A stretch of 64,000 nucleotides of DNA, taken from a virus. Its lineage: Duplodnaviria > Caudoviricetes. Positions 55,465 to 63,998 of the stretch are shown in pieces; within the stretch, counting starts at the first letter, position 1, and every line of letters begins with the position of its first letter. The notes under the pieces were generated by a model. That model was not told the origin of the DNA, did not search any database, and was given only the letters and a program-made list of their open reading frames with translations. The stretch lies in the IMG/VR virus record IMGVR_UViG_3300044655_001017, one strand, 5' to 3'. The position numbers and the translations under genes were made by a program.

Positions 55465-55756
55465 GCTTAGTCCTTACTGCCAATACACGTCCGCGATTGT
55501 GAGGATCGTGTGATGACGGATTGTCTAAATCATCTTGTGTCCACACATACTTTGGTTTGTATATAAACGAATTACACCGAGTTGCTTCTCTGAGAGCATA
55601 AATCTCATCTACTTCACTACTAGTGGGTAATCGCCATCCTTTCTTTCCTTCAAACTCTAAGAATGTACAATACATAACTGCTTCATGTAAAGACATCCTG
55701 TTAGGATTTGGATCTACTGGTAGATAATGTACACTTAATGGTTTATGATATTTCAT
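55457..55756 (-). CDS. mini-CLec/DUF1566-like family member
   Basis: EAVMYC, GWRLPT, AVRT. Confidence 0.75.
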   Translation of the reverse strand: MKYHKPLSVHYLPVDPNPNRMSLHEAVMYCTFLEFEGKKGWRLPTSSEVDEIYALREATRCNSFIYKPKYVWTQDDLDNPSSHDPHNRGRVLAVRTKHD

Positions 55757-55980
55757 AAATCTCTCACTGGGTATATGTGATAGCTGAAAAATCTATCGTT
55801 ATCAATTCTTCCTTGATGCCATGCCATATACGCTAAAGGACCTTCAACCCATTCGTCTGGAGTAGGAAATCGCCAGTCTGCATGCCCATCATGGACTAGA
55901 GTAATTACATACAAAAAAGCTGCATCGCGATTATATAATTTCCGACTGATCCCAGGTGGATTAGATAATATTTCTATCAT
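55753..55980 (-). CDS. mini-CLec/DUF1566-like family member
   Basis: DWRFPT, YPVRD. Confidence 0.75.
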   Translation of the reverse strand: MIEILSNPPGISRKLYNRDAAFLYVITLVHDGHADWRFPTPDEWVEGPLAYMAWHQGRIDNDRFFSYHIYPVRDL

Positions 55981-56288
55981 TTGTCTCTCACTGCAACTGC
56001 TATACCTGTTTTACGATTTTCATATGGTTCAATCATAGCTTCTATAGCTTGCTGGGTATGGTTGTATTGTTTTGCAAGCAATGCTCGTTCTTCATTCGTA
56101 CTCTCTCGATACCATGTATTAGTTGTAAGTCTGCCATCTGCAGTATCTGCCCATTCAAGTAAAGTTGGCAACCGCCAGCCTTTCTTTCCTTGGTGATCTA
56201 AAAACAAACAATACATAACAGCTTCGGCATACGTTATAAATTTTGATTGACAAGTGGCTACTAGCATATGGCTCCTTACATAAAACAT
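55977..56288 (-). CDS. mini-CLec/DUF1566-like family member
   Basis: EAVMYC, GWRLPT, AVRD. Confidence 0.75.
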   Translation of the reverse strand: MFYVRSHMLVATCQSKFITYAEAVMYCLFLDHQGKKGWRLPTLLEWADTADGRLTTNTWYRESTNEERALLAKQYNHTQQAIEAMIEPYENRKTGIAVAVRDK

Positions 56289-56326
56289 TATTATAGCGCA
56301 AAACTTAGGACTTTACAAATGGTATT

Positions 56327-56551
56327 TTAATCAGCAGTGCGCACTGGACATATTTTATGTGTTACTTTAGCTATCTTAAGACCTTCATCATTCTGATCAA
56401 ACGCATCGCAATCAATTGCTTCGTAATCACAAAATTCTTCTTCAGTTGGTATGCGCCAGTCATACTTGTTATTATATGTTAGTGTAGCACAGTATAGCCA
56501 GGCATCATCAAATGAGAACCGGCCGGCTGGCATTGGGGCAATCTCAAGCAT
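56327..56551 (-). CDS. mini-CLec/DUF1566-like family member
   Basis: DDAWLYC, DWRIPT, CPVRT. Confidence 0.75.
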   Translation of the reverse strand: MLEIAPMPAGRFSFDDAWLYCATLTYNNKYDWRIPTEEEFCDYEAIDCDAFDQNDEGLKIAKVTHKICPVRTAD

Positions 56552-56813
56552 CTTTAGTTCTCACTGGTTGTACAACTCTTATTGATAAGAATTTTAAACT
56601 TTTTACCGTTGGTAAGCTGTTTAGATTGCTATCTCTAAAATCATCTTCATCCGAGTCATCATATGCTGATAGTGAAATTCCATCAATATCTTCATATTCG
56701 TCATGGGTTGGAATACGCCAATCGTATTTGTTATCGTGTATACAGGTAGCGCAGTATAGCCATGCTTCGTCGTAATTTAGATATTCATTTAATATAGGTG
56801 CAATCTCAAGCAT
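56544..56813 (-). CDS. mini-CLec/DUF1566-like family member
   Basis: YDEAWLYC, DWRIPT, QPVRT. Confidence 0.75.
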   Translation of the reverse strand: MLEIAPILNEYLNYDEAWLYCATCIHDNKYDWRIPTHDEYEDIDGISLSAYDDSDEDDFRDSNLNSLPTVKSLKFLSIRVVQPVRTKDA

Positions 56814-57024
56814 CTTTAGTTCTCACTGGTTGTACACGCCAATGGCTAGGACGTGGTTCGTCTGATTGATCAAAGGATTCTTCATCAATTTCGTCGTTGT
56901 ATGTAAACTCGTAATCAGTTGGAATACGCCAATCATATTTGTTATTATGAGTTAGAGTAGCACAGTACAACCAAGCGTCGTCATATGACATCTTATAATC
57001 AGATAGTGGTGCTAGTTCAATCAT
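56806..57024 (-). CDS. mini-CLec/DUF1566-like family member
   Basis: YDDAWLYC, DWRIPT, QPVRT. Confidence 0.75.
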   Translation of the reverse strand: MIELAPLSDYKMSYDDAWLYCATLTHNNKYDWRIPTDYEFTYNDEIDEESFDQSDEPRPSHWRVQPVRTKDA

Positions 57025-57034
57025 AATTTCTCCT

Positions 57035-57507
57035 ATTAGGTATAAAGGACTAAAGTCCTAAATTATAATAATTTTATATTCGTTGGCACTCATATCAATT
57101 ATTATAATTTTATTTTCTTTCTTTGAATATTTTGTTAGATTTAGAAGTCATATTGGCCCGCAAAGGCCAATGGAACATTTGTTGAGTTTCTTCATGTCTT
57201 AGCATTAGAGCATTACAGAGGCGGTCATCCGGTACCTCGAGCTCCGTCCTGGTTTTTATATGACGGCGGACTAATTATACAATGCTAACCATATAATCAG
57301 TCGTAAGGGTGTTACCCTTTCTTTTAACCTTATGTGTACAGCGGGGCCATAACCTGTAATGAGTTTTGTAAAGGTACATCTCATGTTCATCCAAATGGGT
57401 AGGTGGTTATGTCGTTGCTACAGTTCAACAATTCCATCACTGTGATACATCTGTCCAGTTATAGGGCGCATAGATAATACAGTTTGCGCGACACCTGCTG
57501 TAGTTAT
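57035..57507 (-). ncRNA. Candidate large structured ncRNA or leader
   Basis: ORF-free ~480 nt with many nested helices downstream of TTGACA-N17-TATAGT. Confidence 0.55.
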
Positions 57508-57513
57508 GCGTAC

Positions 57514-57542
57514 ACTATACAGTATATGCACACGTATGTCAA
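57514..57542 (-). promoter_or_regulatory. Near-consensus sigma70 promoter
   Basis: TTGACA-N17-TATAGT. Confidence 0.75.
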
Positions 57543-57568
57543 GTGTTATTATGTTACAGCGGGGCCTT

Positions 57569-57775
57569 TTAGTACGATGCAGCTGTACTAACAGGAAGTA
57601 ACAACCATTCTTCTAAGTTACCTGTATAGTTATCGCCAGTAAAGATTTCCATCTCGCAACGAAACTCGTCATGTTTAAAAGCATAAACAGTAATGCTAGA
57701 ATCGATTGATATTATCCGCATGTACAACATACATCCAGTTTCTACTATTCTTCTGTCAGTATAAATGGTTTCCAT
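57569..57775 (-). CDS. Hypothetical protein
   Basis: CTAAATA (57798-57804) and GGAG RBS. Confidence 0.55.
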   Translation of the reverse strand: METIYTDRRIVETGCMLYMRIISIDSSITVYAFKHDEFRCEMEIFTGDNYTGNLEEWLLLPVSTAASY

Positions 57776-57960
57776 GGTATTACTCCGGTTGATAAATTAT
57801 TTAGTGTATGTGTTACAGCGGGGCCTATTTGCATATAACGTGTTATGCGTATAGTATATAAGTGTATATGTGTGTTGTCAATGTGTATGAGCGTATTACA
57901 TGTATATGTAATTATACTCGTGTGGAAATGTGTGTAATGCAGAGTTTACAGCGGGGCCTT

Positions 57961-58203
57961 TTATGGTTTAGGCTTCTTAACAAACCTGCCACCTGCACCA
58001 CGTGCATTTGGCATCATAACAACTTTGGTATTAGCATTAGCAATATCAACACCATTGTTGAAACTTTGATGAGTAGCTCTGTTAGTAGTAGCACGATTGG
58101 GATACTTTTTACCCCATGACCATCCTGCGCGATGTCCGCTACAGTCTTTAGTGCATTGCGAGCCGTGAAAGGTTAGTTCGTTTAAAAGTTCTTCTATTTT
58201 CAT
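57961..58203 (-). CDS. MKIEELL-type small protein (CTKDCSGH.AGW)
   Basis: ATAAATA at 58209-58215 directly upstream. Confidence 0.65.
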   Translation of the reverse strand: MKIEELLNELTFHGSQCTKDCSGHRAGWSWGKKYPNRATTNRATHQSFNNGVDIANANTKVVMMPNARGAGGRFVKKPKP

Positions 58204-58211
58204 AAAACTAT

Positions 58212-58463
58212 TTATGCATTTTTAACATCTCGAACTAGAATTACGTCACAAATTGCAGTATTATAATCATCACTTTCCATGCGTTCTTTGTTCCAACACC
58301 ATCCAACAATCGTTGGAATTCCACTCATGTTAGTTAGACATTCTTCTAGAGTAGGAAATCTCCACCCTCTGCCATTGTGTTCAAAAAATAAACAATACAT
58401 TTGTGCTTGATCTTTTGGAAGTGGTTTTTTCCATGTTTCTCTTGGTGAAATTTCAATCGTCAT
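58212..58463 (-). CDS. mini-CLec/DUF1566-like family member
   Basis: IEISP, AQMYC, GWRFPT, LVRD. Confidence 0.75.
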   Translation of the reverse strand: MTIEISPRETWKKPLPKDQAQMYCLFFEHNGRGWRFPTLEECLTNMSGIPTIVGWCWNKERMESDDYNTAICDVILVRDVKNA

Positions 58464-58713
58464 CTTTTCTATCCCTTACTGGTACTATACAGTACAAATC
58501 GTCAGTATCGCATAAATTAGTATCAACTAAATCGTCTTCATACCATTCTCCTAACATACTTATATGATATGTGGACTCGTTGCCAATTAGTTCTCGATAA
58601 GTAGGGAATCGCCATCCTTTCTTGCCGTCTATTACTAAGAATAAACAATACATTTGTGCTTCATCTCGGCACATTGCTTTCCAATAGTCTTTTGGGGATA
58701 TTTCAATGCTCAT
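58453..58713 (-). CDS. mini-CLec/DUF1566-like family member
   Basis: IEISP, DEAQMYC, GWRFPT, VPVRD. Confidence 0.75.
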   Translation of the reverse strand: MSIEISPKDYWKAMCRDEAQMYCLFLVIDGKKGWRFPTYRELIGNESTYHISMLGEWYEDDLVDTNLCDTDDLYCIVPVRDRKDDD

Positions 58714-59316
58714 ATTATACTTATAAGTTAATTTAATTTAATAAAGTATAACAAGTTGTGTAGGACAAGTCAACTGACTTGAAAGAAGTGCCTGCGCAAG
58801 TATTGTAGTATGCGCAGGCTACTGGATTGGATTACGCATGCCACCAGACTGGAGGTGTTATAATGTATCCGCAGAACATTACCCATACTAGTGTTGCAAA
58901 GCATACTACGCTTGCAACATGCAATACGTCAATTAAGATGTCGTTTGTACTTCGTGAAGCAGCGTAAGTTGTAATAGTGTTAATCATAGTGTAGTCTCCT
59001 TTGTTAATGTCTACATAGTATTTTATGCTATTTTAACATGAAAAACAAGTAGCTAAACAGTAAAATGACTATCTACATTTAGTAAACAATCAAGCTAACA
59101 TTATTACATTATCGTAATCATTGTTTATAATAATGTATTAAGTCGTCTGAAATAACAACTTTACACTTATTATATAGTGTGTAAAAGTTTGTGTAAGCGC
59201 GTTTAGGTGATTGGCCTTGACCTAGGGTTTGTCCTAGTTTGCAGTACCAGGTGTTGTTTTGTTTAAAGAGTTTTGGTTTCATATGTCCTCGTAGTGTAAC
59301 AACTGTATTTATTTGC

Positions 59317-59345
59317 TTGACACACTGTATATAATAGTTTATAAT
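59317..59345 (+). promoter_or_regulatory. Consensus sigma70 promoter at the strand switch
   Basis: TTGACA-N17-TATAAT. Confidence 0.8.
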
Positions 59346-59375
59346 ATGCAAACATTTTTAACTACAGGAGCAACA

Positions 59376-59666
59376 ATGCTTGAAATAAGTATAGGAGTAA
59401 CTAATCCATTTGTAACACACAATGGATTTCGTGATCTGTTTAACTTGCATGGATCATTTACTAAACACAAACACTGGGAAATAGAAGGTATATTTAATAA
59501 AGATATTATAGCAGGGTTTGAACTAGGCACACACTTATGGGGTTCTGATCACGCAGGTCCATGTTTACGCATTGGATTATTATGTTTTGAATTAAACATA
59601 AACATGTACGATAGTAGACATTGGAGTTACAAAAATAACACATGGACTGAATACGATTATGAGTAA
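59376..59666 (+). CDS. Hypothetical protein
   Basis: CAGGAG RBS; DHAGP motif. Confidence 0.65.
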   Translation: MLEISIGVTNPFVTHNGFRDLFNLHGSFTKHKHWEIEGIFNKDIIAGFELGTHLWGSDHAGPCLRIGLLCFELNINMYDSRHWSYKNNTWTEYDYE

Positions 59667-59922
59667 GAAAGAGCCAATAGAACATAGAGACTTACTTAAT
59701 AAAAAAATAGCAGTAGGTGACATTGTTGCGTTTGCAGAAAGCGGATCGCAGTATGTTGGTAAGATAACTAAGTTAACACCAAGACGTGTTAAGATTAATC
59801 GTATTACTGCACATGATCCAAACCGATGGTTTAAGCAAACTGCATATCAACGTCCACCGGATGATGTTGTTATTATAGAAGGCGCACATGTTACTGCGTA
59901 TATTATGGCAAATTCAAATTAG
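59659..59922 (+). CDS. SH3/KOW-like small protein
   Basis: DLLNKKIAVGDIVAF...GKITKLT. Confidence 0.6.
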   Translation: MSKKEPIEHRDLLNKKIAVGDIVAFAESGSQYVGKITKLTPRRVKINRITAHDPNRWFKQTAYQRPPDDVVIIEGAHVTAYIMANSN

Positions 59923-59930
59923 GAGATATA

Positions 59931-60170
59931 ATGAAAAATTGTTTAGTCGGAATGTTCAAATTACCTGGCCTTACATTTGAAAGAGGACAACTTAGTGAAG
60001 AACTAATTAAAGAAATGGAAGACTGGTGTAAAGAAAACAATTGCGGAACTAAGATGACAGATACTCTTTGGAGCTTTAAAAGCGAAAAGAAACGTAACTG
60101 GTTTATTTTACGTTGGTGTGATAGTTTACCAAAACAAACTGAAGATGGATCAACTTACTTAGTCCACTGA
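59931..60170 (+). CDS. Hypothetical protein
   Basis: AGGAG RBS. Confidence 0.6.
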   Translation: MKNCLVGMFKLPGLTFERGQLSEELIKEMEDWCKENNCGTKMTDTLWSFKSEKKRNWFILRWCDSLPKQTEDGSTYLVH

Positions 60171-60875
60171 TAACGCAATTGCTAACGGATCATTAAACAC
60201 TAGATGTCCATTAGGGCGTGACATCATGTTAGCAAGATGGACATCTGCATAAAACCCTGTATGCGCAAACAATGGTTCAAGCAATCTCATTGCATCTTTA
60301 AAATGTTTATCAGTAGCAAGGTTTCGTATATCACGACGGAACTTTGGAGTATCCATCATGTGCGCCCATGCAAATTCTGTTGTAATAGGGTGTCTTGCGA
60401 TAGGTTTTAGTCCTGCTTGGTAACGTGTAATATACTCGAGTAATCCAAGCTGTTTTAACACTGCTTCAAACTGATCAGCGTCAGTTTCTTGTAGTCGCTC
60501 AGTTACTATTAAGATTTGCAATTTTCTATTATCGTGTATTGGAAGATATTCAAACTCAGGGTGTGTTTCTAAATAATCTTCTTCTTCAGGTGTTATATTT
60601 TTTAAGTTAAACACTTTATGATTAAATACTTTTGGGAAATATGGGTTGTTAGGATGATTGATACATACACGTAAGAACTGCCATATTGGATCATCCTCTC
60701 CCGATACTGCAGCTACTTTAACTACTGTATTAGGATGTGTTTTATGATAGTATGCGATTGCTTGACATCCAGCTGCAATAAATTGCAACTTAGGTGACTG
60801 TATTACACCACTAGTAGATTTATTTGATATACGTGGTTTAAATTTTATTTCACTTAATAATTCTTTAATTTTCAT
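60159..60875 (-). CDS. Protein-kinase-like fold protein
   Basis: IAAGCQAIAY, VVKV, VTERL, DVHLANMM, FNDP; TATAAATA at 60894-60901. Confidence 0.7.
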   Translation of the reverse strand: MKIKELLSEIKFKPRISNKSTSGVIQSPKLQFIAAGCQAIAYYHKTHPNTVVKVAAVSGEDDPIWQFLRVCINHPNNPYFPKVFNHKVFNLKNITPEEEDYLETHPEFEYLPIHDNRKLQILIVTERLQETDADQFEAVLKQLGLLEYITRYQAGLKPIARHPITTEFAWAHMMDTPKFRRDIRNLATDKHFKDAMRLLEPLFAHTGFYADVHLANMMSRPNGHLVFNDPLAIALSVD

Positions 60876-60908
60876 GTTGTGCCCAATTTAATATATTTAT
60901 AGGAATTT

Positions 60909-61268
60909 ATGAAACACCACAAATTAGTTCTAACCAGTCATCTTAATCATTACGGATTTTTATTCGGGGGGCAAATGCTCCATTGGATTGACTCAGTTGG
61001 CTATGTATCTGCAAACTACGAGTTTCCGGGATATGAGTTTGTTACCCGAGGATTAGACAGTGTATCATTTACTAAACGTGTACCTGCAGGGTCTATATTA
61101 GAATTTGATGCGGTACTTACACGTAAAGGTAAATCATCGGTTACATTTAAAATTGATGTATACTGCGATGATAGATCAAACCCACGTGAGCATGCATTTA
61201 GCACTAATATTACATTTGTAAGTATTGATAAAAATGGTAACAAACGTGAGTTAAATGAGCCGGTTTGA
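60909..61268 (+). CDS. Acyl-CoA thioesterase (hotdog fold)
   Basis: NHYGFLFGGQMLHWID; GKSSV. Confidence 0.85.
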   Translation: MKHHKLVLTSHLNHYGFLFGGQMLHWIDSVGYVSANYEFPGYEFVTRGLDSVSFTKRVPAGSILEFDAVLTRKGKSSVTFKIDVYCDDRSNPREHAFSTNITFVSIDKNGNKRELNEPV

Positions 61269-61479
61269 ACACGTTGCTAACATAGTAATTCCATTAACTG
61301 AAACTTTAGAAGTTATACGTGACTTACGTTCAAAGGGGTTACAGAGTGGGGAAGACTTTGATTTTAAATATGTAGCAGTTGCGGAGTACGATGACTTTAA
61401 TACTCCGCAATACGATCATATTAGATTTTCATTTAAAGAAGGGAAGTGGACTACGTATGTAATTCTTAAGTTTGGGTAA
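61255..61479 (+). CDS. Hypothetical protein
   Basis: Coupled. Confidence 0.55.
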   Translation: MSRFEHVANIVIPLTETLEVIRDLRSKGLQSGEDFDFKYVAVAEYDDFNTPQYDHIRFSFKEGKWTTYVILKFG

Positions 61480-62782
61480 ATGGTTGCAAGACACCATTTA
61501 TGTTTTGACCTTTAACAAATTGTAAATCTCTAGGATTAGTTGCTTTTATATATTCAATTGTTTCTGGTCTAAGGTACCCTAGCATATGCATGTTATACGG
61601 GAATGCTTTTGCAAGTTTCATCTCAACACTCGGATCAAGTGTTTGGGGATTTAATGCGTTAAATAAAGTTTGTACTCCATTTTTTGATGATATTACCATA
61701 TCAGCATAAACATCTTGTGCAATAGGATTTTCACTAATATCATAAAATATTTTAGGATATGTCCATATTGCCATTTCAATTTGCTCTCTCGATGGATTTG
61801 GTATTTTTTTAATAAGTCTTGGGTTACCTCTAACTGCAGCCTTGATCTGTTGATCTGTTGGATTACTAATATGCTTTATAAAATCAGGATGCACTTGCAA
61901 GTAATCTGTTTGAAATAGAATATCCATCTCTTTCATATCTGCTGGTTTAATATCTGCAGTATACGTTCTAAGTAATCTCTTAAAACTTCTTCCTGAATAT
62001 TCATCATTTATAGAATATGCATTATGATTTCTATCAAAGAAATTAAGCAACGCATATTCAATTTCTGGATTACGTTTACCACGATAGTTATGTTGATTAA
62101 TTGTCAACATATCAGCAATTGTATCAAGATATGTTGTTGGTTTTTGTTCTTTAGGCGGTTCTGATTCAACATTATCAATATTAGGATTAGCAAGCGCAGC
62201 ACGAATGATATCAGTTGCTGCTACTCCAGTTTCTTCTAAAAACTGCTCGTTGGACATTTTATCATCAGCGCCAGTAAACAATTCAAAACTATTTGGTTGA
62301 TTTCTGTAAAATGCAATTGCCCACATGTCATCACCGTCACCGTCGCCTTGATAATTAAGGAAACAATAAATTAGAACTACACCTTTTCCGGTGTATTCTT
62401 CCCAATGCTGCTGTTCTGCTTTAGTAGTACACCAATCACTATGTCTACCAATGTTAACGCTAGCATTTTTGTTTAGTGGCATAACTCCAGTAATGTTATT
62501 ATGATCATACACAGTTACCGAATCTTGTTCTTTTTTTACTAATTTCTTTTTCTGTGTTTTACTTTGCTCTTGTGATTTATCAAATACAAATCTTTGAAAT
62601 TCAAACCAGCCTTTTTTACGCCATGCATCAATATTACGTTGTTCACCTTGTACTTGATTGCGATCAACAAGCTGTCTAAACTTGCTAATTATATCTTTTA
62701 TACGTTCTGGATTTCCATATTTTGAAAACTCTGACTGGGCTTCTTTGTACCCATCAATTAAAAATAATTCTCTTAGTAACAT
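61466..62782 (-). CDS. MLLRELF-type protein with G...WC domain and DUF4116-like repeats
   Basis: GRHSDWCTT; I.NP...Q..AV repeats. Confidence 0.6.
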   Translation of the reverse strand: MLLRELFLIDGYKEAQSEFSKYGNPERIKDIISKFRQLVDRNQVQGEQRNIDAWRKKGWFEFQRFVFDKSQEQSKTQKKKLVKKEQDSVTVYDHNNITGVMPLNKNASVNIGRHSDWCTTKAEQQHWEEYTGKGVVLIYCFLNYQGDGDGDDMWAIAFYRNQPNSFELFTGADDKMSNEQFLEETGVAATDIIRAALANPNIDNVESEPPKEQKPTTYLDTIADMLTINQHNYRGKRNPEIEYALLNFFDRNHNAYSINDEYSGRSFKRLLRTYTADIKPADMKEMDILFQTDYLQVHPDFIKHISNPTDQQIKAAVRGNPRLIKKIPNPSREQIEMAIWTYPKIFYDISENPIAQDVYADMVISSKNGVQTLFNALNPQTLDPSVEMKLAKAFPYNMHMLGYLRPETIEYIKATNPRDLQFVKGQNINGVLQPFTQT

Positions 62783-62783
62783 T

Positions 62784-63998
62784 TTAAATATCTTCCGGTT
62801 GCACAGGCTGCGGTTTGACTTCTTGATGAGCAGCAGGTTTGTTGTACACAGGTAATGGTTTCTTAGCAATAGGTCTTGCAGGATCTACTGTAGGCTCTAC
62901 ATATTGTTTTTCTATTTCTTTTACCTTTTTTAAATCTTTTAATAATGATTTTAATTCTGGTTTACTTAAATCATTAGCAGCTGACTTAACAAATAGTTCA
63001 ACAGCACTTGTACCTAATGACGGATTAACTAATGTGTAAAGTTTTCTAAGATACTCTTTTCTGTATAAGTCTTCATTACATGCAATTTGCAATGCCATTG
63101 CTGTACGCAACGCAACACTAATCAATGATCTAATATCATGATTTAAATAATCACCCCCTGGTCCACGAAATTCTACCCATTTATCTTTAGCGTTGATAGA
63201 AACATACTTGTCAGTAATACTATCATGGAAGAATCTACTAACACGAGTAGTCATGTTCTGACGCATTTGATTTAACAACATTGATCCATTTTCGTCTGAC
63301 ACATCAAATCGGTCTGAATCATTTTTTAATGATTGTAATGTACTTGCACAGTAAGAATTGTACAACCGATTGAACTGCCCTAATATATGTTCATCGCCTA
63401 AGAACAACGCTAGTTTAATATAGTCTAATCTACTACGATCATAATCCGGAATAGACACATTAATATGTAGCCCAGTTGACTCATTAGTAAAACATCCGTA
63501 ATTTTTAGCCCAGGTTATTAACTTTTCAAAATTAGCTAATGTTTCAGGTAATTCTTTAGCTGGACTAATAAATTCTAACCCGGATGCTAGTTCATCACCT
63601 ACTTGTATAGTAACATCGGGTTCAATAATCCAGTCTTGATAATTTTCATCAGTACGTTTAACACCGCCATGAATTAAATTACTATGCACTGTACTTGTTC
63701 CAACTGCTGCTTTAAAACCGTCAAGCAATTGAGTTAATGGATTATATTCATCAGGCAATTCTAATTCTTGTTTACCTCCAATGTTTAATCCTGCAACATC
63801 TATCATAGTAGTAACATCTAATGCACCTAACCAAGCTACTGTAGAGTTTGCTTTCATTCTACCATAAAATGCTCGATGGTCTTTTATAATTTTATCATAC
63901 ATTGCAGTGTATTCATCGGTTTCGTAATCAATCATTTGATATGCTTCTTCTTCACCGTAATCCTTTTCTAAGTCCTTAAACACGCGTTCATCTATATC
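62784..63998 (-). CDS. Putative amidoligase (COOH-NH2 ligase family), 5'-truncated
   Basis: IEPD.TI, GLEFISP, TNESTGLHINVS, VEFR.PGG. Confidence 0.75.
   Translation of the reverse strand, partial: DIDERVFKDLEKDYGEEEAYQMIDYETDEYTAMYDKIIKDHRAFYGRMKANSTVAWLGALDVTTMIDVAGLNIGGKQELELPDEYNPLTQLLDGFKAAVGTSTVHSNLIHGGVKRTDENYQDWIIEPDVTIQVGDELASGLEFISPAKELPETLANFEKLITWAKNYGCFTNESTGLHINVSIPDYDRSRLDYIKLALFLGDEHILGQFNRLYNSYCASTLQSLKNDSDRFDVSDENGSMLLNQMRQNMTTRVSRFFHDSITDKYVSINAKDKWVEFRGPGGDYLNHDIRSLISVALRTAMALQIACNEDLYRKEYLRKLYTLVNPSLGTSAVELFVKSAANDLSKPELKSLLKDLKKVKEIEKQYVEPTVDPARPIAKKPLPVYNKPAAHQEVKPQPVQPEDI

Noticed and set aside
57035-57507. tmRNA, RNase P RNA or group I intron identity for the structured region
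   Set aside because: No tRNA-like ends with tag ORF, no GAGGAAAGUCC, no recognisable P7 core
9221-57958. Integron attC sites
   Set aside because: CAGCGGGGCC lacks RYYYAAC/GTTRRRY ends and dyad symmetry; no integrase in the window
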